A stretch of DNA of 33,373 nucleotides from Myxococcota bacterium (GTDB lineage: Bacteria > Myxococcota_A > UBA796 > GCA-2862545), in NCBI GenBank assembly GCA_039208735.1, contig JBCCQY010000103.1, forward strand, positions 1-33,373. The letters run 5' to 3'. Positions 17,474 through 26,968 of this stretch are shown here, piece after piece; the stretch's first letter is position 1; each line of letters opens with the position of its first letter. The translations under genes and the position numbers were made by a program. The notes beneath the pieces are model-generated. The model did no database searches. It had not been told where the DNA came from and saw only the letters and a program-made list of their open reading frames with translations.

Positions 17474-18496
17474 GTGGTGAGTACGGAGCAGATGACCGTG
17501 GTGCGGCAGCCGGTGTACGGCACCGCCGAGGCATTGGTGGTGGATTCGGCTCCGTTGCCCAAAGTGGGCGATGACGACGTGCGCATCCGTGTTCGTGCCG
17601 CTTCGCTGAACTTCGGCGACCGCATGGTGCTCACAGGACGGCCCTGGCTGTTTCGGCCTCTGGCCTACGGATTGCGCCGTCCTGGGGTGCCCATCGCCGG
17701 CATGGCGGCGGCAGGGGTGGTGGTGGAAGTGGGGCCGTCGGTCACCGACTGGGTGGTGGGCGATCCGGTGTTTGGCGAGCTTGCCCGCGGGGCGTTGGCC
17801 GACCAGGTGTTGGCACGTTCGAGTGAACTCGCACGCAAACCCGAAGCCATCACCTTCGAAGCCGCGGCGACCCTGCCGGTTGCCGCCGCGACGGCCTTGC
17901 GAGGCCTGCGGGACATCGCCGGGGTGAAGCCGGGCCATCGGGTGTTGATCAACGGCGCATCGGGCGGTGTGGGAACCTTTGCGGTGCAGATCGGTAAAGC
18001 GCTTGGCGCGACCGTTACCGCGGTCTGCAGTGGTACCAACGTGGCGCAGGCACAGGCGCTGGGGGCCGATGCGGTCATCGACTACACCGAACGGGCCTAT
18101 GTCGACGCGGATGAACGGTTCGATGTGGTGTTTGATCTGGTGGGCAATCATCCCTTGGGCCAACGACGTCGGGTGCTCGACCGCGATGGGGTGTATGTGG
18201 CGTCCTTCGGCCAGGGAGGCGATGCGGTGTTTGGGCCGCTCGGACGCATCTTGTGGGTGGCTGCGGCATCGATGACCTCGCCGCGCAGCATCCGGGTGCT
18301 ATCCGCCCAGGCGAGTCCTTCCGACCTGGCGGATGTGGCGGAACTCGTGCGTTTGGGCAAGGTCCGGCCCGTCGTGGAGGCGCGCTACCCCCTTGCGGAG
18401 GCGCCGTCGGCCTATGCGCGTTTGCTCGAAGGCCACTTGCGCGGCAAGCTCGTCATCGCAGTCGATGATCCACGGTACTTTGGTCCGCCGAAGTAG
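17474..18496 (+). CDS. NAD(P)-dependent MDR-family oxidoreductase (zinc-independent, quinone oxidoreductase-like)
   Basis: VRVRAASLNFGD, EAAATLPVA, VLINGASGGVGTFAVQI, LGADAVIDY, GHLRGKLVI. Confidence 0.93.
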   Translation: MVSTEQMTVVRQPVYGTAEALVVDSAPLPKVGDDDVRIRVRAASLNFGDRMVLTGRPWLFRPLAYGLRRPGVPIAGMAAAGVVVEVGPSVTDWVVGDPVFGELARGALADQVLARSSELARKPEAITFEAAATLPVAAATALRGLRDIAGVKPGHRVLINGASGGVGTFAVQIGKALGATVTAVCSGTNVAQAQALGADAVIDYTERAYVDADERFDVVFDLVGNHPLGQRRRVLDRDGVYVASFGQGGDAVFGPLGRILWVAAASMTSPRSIRVLSAQASPSDLADVAELVRLGKVRPVVEARYPLAEAPSAYARLLEGHLRGKLVIAVDDPRYFGPPK

Positions 18497-19154
18497 CCTG
18501 CATCGCGGCCCGCCGCTGGGCGACAAGTCGCCGGATGTCTTCGGGCACGTCGCGCTCGCTGCCCACCTCGGCCTGCGACCATTGGTCGAGGATGAAGCCA
18601 TGGAGCGCCCGAAGGACAAAGTTTTCGAGCGTGGGCGTATGGTACGTACGTCCCGATTTCGTCGTTACCGCCAAGCGGCGAGGACGGACCGTGACTTTCT
18701 CGAGTTCGGACCAGGCAACCCGGCGCCACCCGAAGCGCCCTTTCCACCGCAGGGCATGTTGGTCGACCTTCACCCTGAGGTGGGAGGAGCCCCGTATCCA
18801 GAGCCAAACTGCGGAGAAGAGGACGGGCCATAGCGGAAGGCCAATCGCCATCCAGCGGAACTGCAGCACCCGCTCGTTGACGTCCCACCACCGCTGGGCT
18901 TCTACGAAGGCAGCTACCGGATAGGCCAGGAGCAACAGGGAGAGCCACCCCACGATTAACCATCCGAAGAGGCCAAAGAGCATGGTGAGGCTCTCGGGCT
19001 CTCGCCGCGGAAAGCTCATCAGCACCCCGTCATGGGTATTCGAGACGAGGTAGCGGCGTGCGATGGGTATCGTATCGAACAGCATCGGTTCGAGGATACC
19101 CGAGTCGAGGAGTTCGGATGCGACCGGCCTTGCGACAATGGCAGACCGTGACAC
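18453..19154 (-). CDS. Hypothetical membrane protein (two TMs, possible PH-like C-terminal domain)
   Basis: Two hydrophobic helices followed by a beta-rich RRVAWSELEKV segment; start uncertain. Confidence 0.6.
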   Translation of the reverse strand: MSRSAIVARPVASELLDSGILEPMLFDTIPIARRYLVSNTHDGVLMSFPRREPESLTMLFGLFGWLIVGWLSLLLLAYPVAAFVEAQRWWDVNERVLQFRWMAIGLPLWPVLFSAVWLWIRGSSHLRVKVDQHALRWKGRFGWRRVAWSELEKVTVRPRRLAVTTKSGRTYHTPTLENFVLRALHGFILDQWSQAEVGSERDVPEDIRRLVAQRRAAMQATSADQSTVDHRLR

Positions 19155-19172
19155 ATCCGAGGAGACACGAGG

Positions 19173-20033
19173 TTAGAAGCGGAACGCGCCGAAGATGGTG
19201 CCCGACGCTTCGGGCGAACCGCCGCCGGACCACGCGTGGATGACGTTGCCACGGATTCCCACATCCACCTGACGCGCCGGCGTGACCTGGAGCTGGCCGG
19301 TCAGCGTCAGGAAGTCCCAAATGCCCGTGACGGGGCTGTCGATGCTCGGGGCGACCTGGAGCGTCACCACCGTGGTGTCCGCCGAAAGCACCGTCTTCTT
19401 CGAAACCTGCACGCCAAGGCCAACGTTGCCCACCAGCGAGGCGCTTGCGTTTTGTCCGAGCGTGATCGGAATCGCTCGCTGCCCGAAGAGCAGGAACACG
19501 CGCTTGCTGAAGAGCGTTCGGGCGGTCAAGTCGACCACGAGAAGGCCGGGTCCACCGTTGGTAGGAATGCCCACCGCAATGCCGGGTGCCCAGTCGAGGC
19601 GCCGCCCGTCCGACACCAACACGCGCGCGTTGAGGCCAATGACCTCGGACCACAGAACGTCAGGAATAAAGCCGAAATCCGTGCCAACACCGAACTCGAA
19701 GACTTCCCCGATGCCGTAGTTGAACGAGATGCCCGCCCCGAGGAAGTCTTGGCCGTCAGGACGGGCGTAGGTGAGGCCAACGCCAATTTCACCCTGGTTC
19801 TTCGGGAGTACGAGGGGTCGGAGAATCTCTTGGAAGGGATACTTGGACTTCTTGAAGGGACCCCGGTAAGGATCGCGCTTCTTCCGTGCCTTCCGACGAG
19901 GGCGGTTGGCGCCTTTGGCGTGGGGGCGGCCAAAGCTCTTGCGGTCGCCCGGGGCCAGCTGGGCCGTCGGCACATCTGCGGCTTCCGCGTCGGGGACGGC
20001 GAACCAAAGGGACAGGGCAGGCAACAGGGTCAT
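19173..20033 (-). CDS. Putative outer-membrane beta-barrel protein
   Basis: ATG 20033 after GAGGAG; signal ending AEA; basic linker; YP...RPLVLP motif; about 10-12 amphipathic strands; terminal Phe (GTIFGAFRF). Confidence 0.72.
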   Translation of the reverse strand: MTLLPALSLWFAVPDAEAADVPTAQLAPGDRKSFGRPHAKGANRPRRKARKKRDPYRGPFKKSKYPFQEILRPLVLPKNQGEIGVGLTYARPDGQDFLGAGISFNYGIGEVFEFGVGTDFGFIPDVLWSEVIGLNARVLVSDGRRLDWAPGIAVGIPTNGGPGLLVVDLTARTLFSKRVFLLFGQRAIPITLGQNASASLVGNVGLGVQVSKKTVLSADTTVVTLQVAPSIDSPVTGIWDFLTLTGQLQVTPARQVDVGIRGNVIHAWSGGGSPEASGTIFGAFRF

Positions 20034-20150
20034 GGGCTCTCCTCGGGGTTTCGGAAGCCCCACGCAAAAGGCGTTGGCACACTTCCGCGCACATCTTGAC
20101 ATGCGACGACAGCCCCGCATTCCCCTACGTGTCCATCGCGGAGGTTCGAC

Positions 20151-22607
20151 ATGGGACGATGGACGATCGCAGTGGCATGGCTCGCGTTGGGGTGCCCCCC
20201 CGTGGACCCTGGGGGACCCGACCAGCCCCCTCCTGACGACATCACGACGCTCGACGGGTTCGTTCCCTTCGACCCCGCCGACTTCCCATCGGGTCCCGCC
20301 GCCCTCGACAATGCCATCTTCGAGCCCGTCCGGTGCGAGCCGCGGTTGAGCTACGATCCCGAGTCCGAGGACCTCGTGCCGCGCGGGGAGGAGCTGAACA
20401 TCCCCTGTCCACCCGACGACGTCTGCGAGGAGGCGGCGCCGTGTGAGGCCTTCGCGACCACGATTTGTCCTGAAACGCTGCTCGATGGCAATCCCGCTCC
20501 GTTGAACGCGGAGGGCGAGCGCGGTGGTTGTGCGTCCCTTGAGGCGCTGCCCGCATCGGAGTGTGAGCAGGTCAATGTCTGCCCCAACCCCAACGATGTG
20601 CCGGTGGCAGACGAGGGCGACGACCCCCCTGAGTTCACCGAACTCGAACCGCTCGAGCCGGTCGAGCCCGACACCCCCCCCGGGGTCATTACCCTGGTGG
20701 ACAATGCGACCCGCGTCTTACCCCCTTGCTACTGGGATCTCGCGCAGGACTACGCAGACTCGAGCCCCCAGATGCCCCACCTCGTGCCCACCTATGGGGA
20801 TGCGGCAGACGAACCCGACCTGGTGATTGTCTCGGGAGATGACGGCACGCCCACCAACTTTGTGGGTGCCCCCGATGGAACGCCGTGTTCGTTCGACATC
20901 AATTGCCGGTCCGATCGCTGTGGATTGCCCGACAACTTCGCGACCGAGACCGAGTGCTTGCCCAAGACGCGACTGTCGAAGACCGTGAAGACCGATGCCG
21001 ACCCTGTCGTCGGTGAGGTCAACGACAAGTACTTCCGAGAGTCGAAGGGCAACGACCGCTGGCGAGTGGACGTCCACGGCGGGCTTTATGAAGCGGATGT
21101 GCATGCGCAGGGCGTGTTCTACCCGTCCGTGGCGTGGGACATCAACGCGGGGGCCGAGATTCGAATCGACGTCGTGGCGGGCGGGAACCAACTCGACGAT
21201 GTGGTGGCGTTCGATGCACAAGTGAGCAATGGCCACTGCGGTTGGGCGTATGGCCACGAGGCCAAGATCCTCGACTTCTTCGAGGACGACTTCGACGGCT
21301 TCGAAATCGGCGTGGACGGTCTGTTCGACGTGGCCGTGGGCGCGTTGGGGAACAGCTCAGGCGGCACCTCGAATGCGGATGCGGTGGCCTGCGAACAGGC
21401 CTTCCAGGCCGTGCGAGCCCGGGAACGGGACGCCAACGAAGCGTTGTGGGACACCTTGGTCGCCGCGGCGTTGTGGCGCACGTTTGGCGAGACCGATGCG
21501 GTGGGCAGTGCGGCAGAGGGCCAGGGTTACCTCGACGACTACAACGATGCGGTGGACGACTACGTGCAGGCGCGCGACACGTTCGAAGCGCGGCAGGTGG
21601 ACGCGACCACCCACAAGTACGGTCTCGCGATTGCGGACGTGAACGTTGGGATTCCACTGTGGCGGCCGCTCCGTACGGAGGCCCACATGGGTCCGTTCGT
21701 GATGGGGGCCGAGATGGGGGTGACCGGAAAGGCCGGCATTGACGTGCTCATCAAGTCGGCCACCGACTTCGAAGCGCCTGCCAACGAAGCAGACATTGCC
21801 TTGGGGCTCGAAGCCACGCCCCATGTCGATATTCGCGGCTACATGTCGGTCTACGGGGGCATCGACATTTTCCTTGCCGGGGTTGAGGCGGGCATTCAGG
21901 GTGAACTCGCGTTTGCGGGGCTCTACATGCCGGTCGTGGTGGAGGCGGGACTGGTTCGAGATGAGGTGCCGATCGACGATTCACCAATCGGCGCCTGCAT
22001 TCCCGACGCGTTGCTTGCGGAGTACCTGCCGCTGTATGCGGCGATTCTCCAGGACGGGGGCGAAGGGTTGCCTTGCCCTGATGATCCTGACACCACGGGC
22101 CTGCCGGTTTTTGTCGACCTGGGAGAACCATTGGTGGAGCCGACGGGAGCCGCGTACCGGGTGCCTTACGCCTACAATGTGGGCCTAGAAGGCCGGTTCC
22201 TGCATGGCGAGATCAAGGGATTCGTGCGCGCCAAGATCTTGGGCATCCAGAAGACGTGGACCAAGACGTTTGTGGAGTGGGAGGGCATTCGCAAGCCGTA
22301 CATCACGTTGCTCGATGACGACGACATCTTCCTCGACACCTACACCACCGATCCGCTTTCGCTGTTCAACACCACCTTGCCCGCGGCCATCGACGATTCC
22401 TTTGATTTTTGGATCGGTGCGCAGCGCGACATGGTCTATCTGCCCAACCTCGATGGGGTGTTTGGGCCTCCCGGAGCCTTCGATCCGGATGCCCCTGGCG
22501 TGTCGGCGATCGCAAACTTCCTCATCGACTCGCTTCAGACCGACGACCACTGGGTTGTGGGCGGCGTTTCGGACGGGTTCTGCACGGATGTGATCTATGT
22601 CCCCTAG
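20151..22607 (+). CDS. Large acidic, Cys-rich lipoprotein with a C-terminal extended beta-sheet region
   Basis: RBS GGAGG; lipobox LALG/C; Pro/Asp/Glu/Cys-rich N-terminal third; long Gly-rich amphipathic strands in the C-terminal half. Confidence 0.8.
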   Translation: MGRWTIAVAWLALGCPPVDPGGPDQPPPDDITTLDGFVPFDPADFPSGPAALDNAIFEPVRCEPRLSYDPESEDLVPRGEELNIPCPPDDVCEEAAPCEAFATTICPETLLDGNPAPLNAEGERGGCASLEALPASECEQVNVCPNPNDVPVADEGDDPPEFTELEPLEPVEPDTPPGVITLVDNATRVLPPCYWDLAQDYADSSPQMPHLVPTYGDAADEPDLVIVSGDDGTPTNFVGAPDGTPCSFDINCRSDRCGLPDNFATETECLPKTRLSKTVKTDADPVVGEVNDKYFRESKGNDRWRVDVHGGLYEADVHAQGVFYPSVAWDINAGAEIRIDVVAGGNQLDDVVAFDAQVSNGHCGWAYGHEAKILDFFEDDFDGFEIGVDGLFDVAVGALGNSSGGTSNADAVACEQAFQAVRARERDANEALWDTLVAAALWRTFGETDAVGSAAEGQGYLDDYNDAVDDYVQARDTFEARQVDATTHKYGLAIADVNVGIPLWRPLRTEAHMGPFVMGAEMGVTGKAGIDVLIKSATDFEAPANEADIALGLEATPHVDIRGYMSVYGGIDIFLAGVEAGIQGELAFAGLYMPVVVEAGLVRDEVPIDDSPIGACIPDALLAEYLPLYAAILQDGGEGLPCPDDPDTTGLPVFVDLGEPLVEPTGAAYRVPYAYNVGLEGRFLHGEIKGFVRAKILGIQKTWTKTFVEWEGIRKPYITLLDDDDIFLDTYTTDPLSLFNTTLPAAIDDSFDFWIGAQRDMVYLPNLDGVFGPPGAFDPDAPGVSAIANFLIDSLQTDDHWVVGGVSDGFCTDVIYVP

Positions 22608-24103
22608 GGCTTGGATGATCGCTACGGCCTGTGTGGCCTGTGCGGAGCCTCCCTCCGCGCACACGGACGACCAAGGGAGCTACGCCCTCGAGCTGCGGGC
22701 GGAGTTGTCCGTGCGGGGGCCGGACCAGGCCTGGCAGACCTCAGGCTTGCAGATGACAGCGACGTTAGGGCTTGCCGACGAAGCAATGGCCCTGCGGGAG
22801 GTGTCGTGCCGACCCACCCAAGCCTCGGGGTCCCTTGCGCAGGTGGAGCGCGCCTGTCGGGGGCTCGAGGCGACCTACGGGCTTGCTCGTGAGCCGTCGG
22901 GCCGTTTGATCACGATCGGGCTCCCGGACGGGCTCACGATGGAGGGCGAGGCGCTCATCAAGCAGCTCGCGGGCTTGCTTCAGTTGTCGGTGCCGCCCGG
23001 TGCGGGCTCGGGATGGACCACCGAAGAGTTCGACCACATGGGCACCTACGTCGCTCACTACGGTCGAACCGATCGAGCGATCACGCGGACGCACGAAGAC
23101 TATGCCCAAGTGGCCTCCGGGGAGGGGCTGCGGCCCGTGGGTCCGACAGAGCTGCGGGGTGCGGCGACCACTCAGTGGACGTTTGATGATGCGGGAGCAT
23201 GGCGATCCGTGGTCCACACTTCAACCTGGCAACGCGAAGCTCTCGCCGAAGCCGGTTTGCCGGAATCCCGCGTCGAAACCAGCTTGCTCCTGGAACGGGA
23301 AGGCGAACCCGTACCCTTGCTTGAGCCCCAGGTCCTCACGTGGGTCGCTCCCTTTGCGCAGAGTAGCGAAGCGGCGGTCCAGGACTCCATCGATCGGCAC
23401 CGGTTGGGGACGGTGGCGCCGGAAGCGTGGCTTGATCGCGTGCTTATCGCGAACCTGTCGAGCGATCCGACGCCGCACTCCGACACCCCGTTGGTCGACC
23501 AAGCCTTTTTGACGCTGGTGAGCGTGTTTCGACAGCGTGCCGACCTCCTCGACCGGTCGGTGGCTCCGTGTGTGGATGCCAACCCAGACCGTGCCGAGAC
23601 GTGTCGCGTCGTCACGGGGGCGCTGGGAGCGGCGGGCACCCCCCGAGGCTCAAGACCAGCTGATCGCCTTGGCGACAGTGCTCGACGGCGCCACAACGCT
23701 TCCTCCTCGGCAGCGTGCAGTCCGTCGGCGAGAGGTCTCGCGGGCCCTAGGAACGCGACTGCACGGCCCCGCCTCGGACGCCACCATCGATCAACTCTCG
23801 GCGTGGCTTGACGACGCGGTTCTGCGCCCGCAGTCGGCCTATGGTTTGGGGGCGATTGCCTCGCGGCAGCCGGACCGCGTGCCGTTGATCGTTGGCCGCC
23901 TGGGGCCCTTGCTCGACCATTCCGAGCCCCAGATCATCCAAATCGGGCTGCGTGCGCTCGCCAACGCCGGGCATCCCTCGATCGAACCGCTCGTCACACC
24001 GTTCCTCGATGACGAAAACCCGGCCACACGGAAAGCGGCGGCTCAGGCCATGGATCGCATCACGGCAGGGAGGCCGTCCACCCCTGGGTCCACGTCCAAA
24101 TGA
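22597..24103 (+). CDS. Lipoprotein with a vitellogenin-N-like beta domain and HEAT repeats; frameshift in the C6 run at 23639-23644
   Basis: CVA/C lipobox-like; WTTEEFDHMGTYVAHY strand motif; joining two frames gives ALGAAGTPEAQDQLIALA, then HEAT repeats (AYGLGAIA, LRALANAGHP, PFLDDENPATRKAAAQAM). Confidence 0.75.
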
Positions 24104-26903
24104 CGACAAGGTCCCAGCGGTGAGCTTCCGGGGGGGCTTCGTCAGGAGGCAGCCCTGCGATCCACCGTTGGGCCCCCAACAACACCGACGGATTGGATGC
24201 GGGCCGTGGCGGTAGGCGGTCCGGGGCCTTCTCCAGGGCTTCGGCCGCCGCCTTTGGTTCGTTGCGGAGGTGTCGGATGCACGCTTCCATCGCATGCATC
24301 CGACCCGTCCAACGGCCCATGCTTAGCGATTCGTACGCCACGATCGACTTTTGAATTTCGCTTAGCGCCTCGTCGAGCCGACCATCGGTCGCGGCGAGCA
24401 GGGCCAGCAGGGAAGCGTTGTTGGCGATCTGCTGGGTGAATCCGGCGACCTCGGACAGGGTGCAGGCCTGCCGTGCAAGCACCTCGGCGTCGAGGAAGTG
24501 CTTCGCATGCGCCTCGACCATCGCCAGGTTGCTTCGGGCCGTGGCCTCGACTTCGCGCGCACCGTGTCGCAGGGCCAGGTTTAGGGCCTGTTCGGCGCGT
24601 CGACGGGCCGCGGCATGGTTGGCCGTCCGCATTTCGAGCGACATCAGATTGACGAGCGAGGACGCATGATCGAAGGTCTGGCCCAGCTGCTCGCGAACTT
24701 CGAGCGCGGCTTCGTGGTGGGTTCGCGCTTCGTCGTAGCGCATTTGTCGCATGCGCACGTTTCCGAGATTGTTGAGGATCCGGGCGACCTCATATTCGTC
24801 ACGGTGCAGGCGGGCGGAGGCCAATGCTTCGAGAAGCGACCGAATCCCTGCGTCGTGAGTGTCTGGAAAGTGCGTCAGGATGGAGCCTCGCGTCGACAAC
24901 AAGGCCGCCCGGCGCAGGGAGTCGCGGCCCGCAAGTTCGAGGCCACGATCCACGCAGGCGACGGCGTCGTCGATGTGCCCCTTCTGGGCCAGCACGAACC
25001 CGAGGGTGTTCAAGGCGTCCATGGCCCAAGGCGCCTCGGGGTCATGGGTGAGGGCTCGAAGCTGGGTCTCGGCGTCACCGAGGCGGCCCCGTCGCATCGC
25101 GGTTCGGCCTTGAAGCCAGGCCAGCCAGCCGTTCGCTTCGCCTTCGCCCAACAAGGGTCCGTCATATTCACGGCTTAGGCAGAGTCCTAGGGTCAGGGCG
25201 GCGGCCTCAGGGCGGTCGTTGGCCAGGGCACGGGCTTGGTAGGCTTCCAGGTTGAGGCGCTCCCGGACCAACCAGCGTCGGGCGTCTGCGTCGCCGACAT
25301 CATGAAAGCGCCGCCACTGAGCCATGGCGGCTTCAGCCAGCTCGACCGACACGGCATCTTGAAAGGTTTGGAAGTCTTCGGGAGGATGGGCTTCGAGCCA
25401 CGACCGAAACCGGTGCTGGGGCAACCAGCCGCCGCCCTCTCGGGCGCCCACGAGGCCTCGCTCGGTCAGCTGGACCAGGACCTGGGCGGCCGTGCCCGGC
25501 GCGTCGGGCCATGCGACGGCGGACCACCTCGCCGTTTCAAATCCGCCCGGCCACGCTTGGCTCGCCAGGAATCCCCGGCGCTCATCAGGGGAAAGTCGAT
25601 CGACGGTCCAACGCAACAGGGCGTCCATGCCATCGATCCGAGGGGCGAGTTCGGGGGCCACGGCAAACGTCCGAGCGGCGAGCTGGATGGCTAAGGGCAA
25701 CCGGTCGGTGCGACGGATCCAGTTGTCCAGTCGGGGGTCGTCCTCGGACGCGTGGGCGAGTCCGACGAAGGCCGCACGGGCCGACTCGGGCGACAGTGGG
25801 GCGAGGGAGAGGAGTCGTTGGGCATGGGGCGCTTGGAGAGGCACCATGCGCAGCGTGACGATCACCCGCGCCGCCTGCGCGAGGCGTCCGGCGAGTCCAA
25901 GCGTCGCGACCACCGCGTCATCGCCGTGGTCGAGCCAGAGGACGAGGGGCGCACGGGTCGTCGCGACCTCGACCAGCCGATCCACGAGGACCGAGGGGGG
26001 CTCGTCGCGCACCAATGGGACGGCGAGGCGTGTGGCGAGGGCTTGCGCCACCCCCTCGGGATGGTCGACGGCCTGGAGATCGACGTGCCAGACTTCGCGG
26101 TACCGGTCGCTTACGGAGGCCAGATAGTGAGCCACGAGCGCGGTTTTACCGATTCCGGCGGGCCCTACGAACCCGGTGACGACCCCGCGGGGCTTCAGCG
26201 TGGCGTCGAGTGCGGCGCAATCGGCTTGCCGGCCCCACAGCGGTTCGGGTGCGTTGGGAAGGTGCGTCTCGCCCCACAGCAGATCGACCCGGTAGCCGGT
26301 GCCCCGCACGCCCTTGATGAGCACCGGCTGGTCGGGCACAGGCTCGAGTTTCTGTCGCAGGCGATGAACGACGGGGTCGACGTAGCGCTCGAGCTCGGGT
26401 CGAGGCAGATCCCAAGCCTCTTCGATCAAGGTCGCGCGGTCCACGGGGTCGCCTTCGCGGGCCAGCAGGGAGGCCAGCACGGCGGCTTCCTTGTGCGTCA
26501 GGTCGACCTCGTGTTGCCCGTCCGTGAGGCGTCGCCCGCTGGCGAGCAGTTGCCAGGGGCCGAGACGCGGGCCGTGTCCGGCCGCCTTGGTCACGGGCTC
26601 AGGCGCGGTTCGTCGGGTTTCGACGGCGGGTTCGAAGCAGTAGCCTTCGCCGTGTACCGTGAGCAGATGCCGCGGAGCTCGTGGGTCCAGCTCAAGCTTT
26701 TGCCGTAGCCTTCGGATGGCGAAGTCGACGGTACGTGGTCCTTCGCCCTCATCGGTCAACGCATCCCGTGACAAGGGCGCACCGGCCGCATCGACGAGGG
26801 CGGCCAAAAGGCGTCGTTCGCGGGTCGAAAGGGTCGTGATTCCGCCATCACGCCGAATCACCCCGGTTTCGAGGTCGACCATGCCGTCCACGAGACGTAC
26901 CAT
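24060..26903 (-). CDS. STAND-type ATPase/TPR transcriptional regulator with two N-terminal OmpR-type winged-helix domains
   Basis: wHTH1 VDFAIRRLRQKLELDP..PRHLLTVHGEGY; wHTH2 VHRLRQKLE..PVLIKGVRGTGY; Walker A GPAGIGKT; LPLAIQLAA; TPRs ALNTLG, ILNNLGNV, ARSNLA. Confidence 0.88.
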   Translation of the reverse strand: MVRLVDGMVDLETGVIRRDGGITTLSTRERRLLAALVDAAGAPLSRDALTDEGEGPRTVDFAIRRLRQKLELDPRAPRHLLTVHGEGYCFEPAVETRRTAPEPVTKAAGHGPRLGPWQLLASGRRLTDGQHEVDLTHKEAAVLASLLAREGDPVDRATLIEEAWDLPRPELERYVDPVVHRLRQKLEPVPDQPVLIKGVRGTGYRVDLLWGETHLPNAPEPLWGRQADCAALDATLKPRGVVTGFVGPAGIGKTALVAHYLASVSDRYREVWHVDLQAVDHPEGVAQALATRLAVPLVRDEPPSVLVDRLVEVATTRAPLVLWLDHGDDAVVATLGLAGRLAQAARVIVTLRMVPLQAPHAQRLLSLAPLSPESARAAFVGLAHASEDDPRLDNWIRRTDRLPLAIQLAARTFAVAPELAPRIDGMDALLRWTVDRLSPDERRGFLASQAWPGGFETARWSAVAWPDAPGTAAQVLVQLTERGLVGAREGGGWLPQHRFRSWLEAHPPEDFQTFQDAVSVELAEAAMAQWRRFHDVGDADARRWLVRERLNLEAYQARALANDRPEAAALTLGLCLSREYDGPLLGEGEANGWLAWLQGRTAMRRGRLGDAETQLRALTHDPEAPWAMDALNTLGFVLAQKGHIDDAVACVDRGLELAGRDSLRRAALLSTRGSILTHFPDTHDAGIRSLLEALASARLHRDEYEVARILNNLGNVRMRQMRYDEARTHHEAALEVREQLGQTFDHASSLVNLMSLEMRTANHAAARRRAEQALNLALRHGAREVEATARSNLAMVEAHAKHFLDAEVLARQACTLSEVAGFTQQIANNASLLALLAATDGRLDEALSEIQKSIVAYESLSMGRWTGRMHAMEACIRHLRNEPKAAAEALEKAPDRLPPRPASNPSVLLGAQRWIAGLPPDEAPPEAHRWDLVVIWTWTQGWTASLP

Positions 26904-26968
26904 CTGCCCCTCTTACCGCAGCTTGTTGCCGTGGTCGGTCAGCATTGAGTGGACTACGTCCATTCCAC

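Noticed and set aside
20075..20125. TGGCAC sigma54-like element and a TTGACA -35 box in the divergent promoter region
   Set aside because: The -12 GC is one base off and lacks TTGC; no convincing -10 lies 16-18 bp from TTGACA
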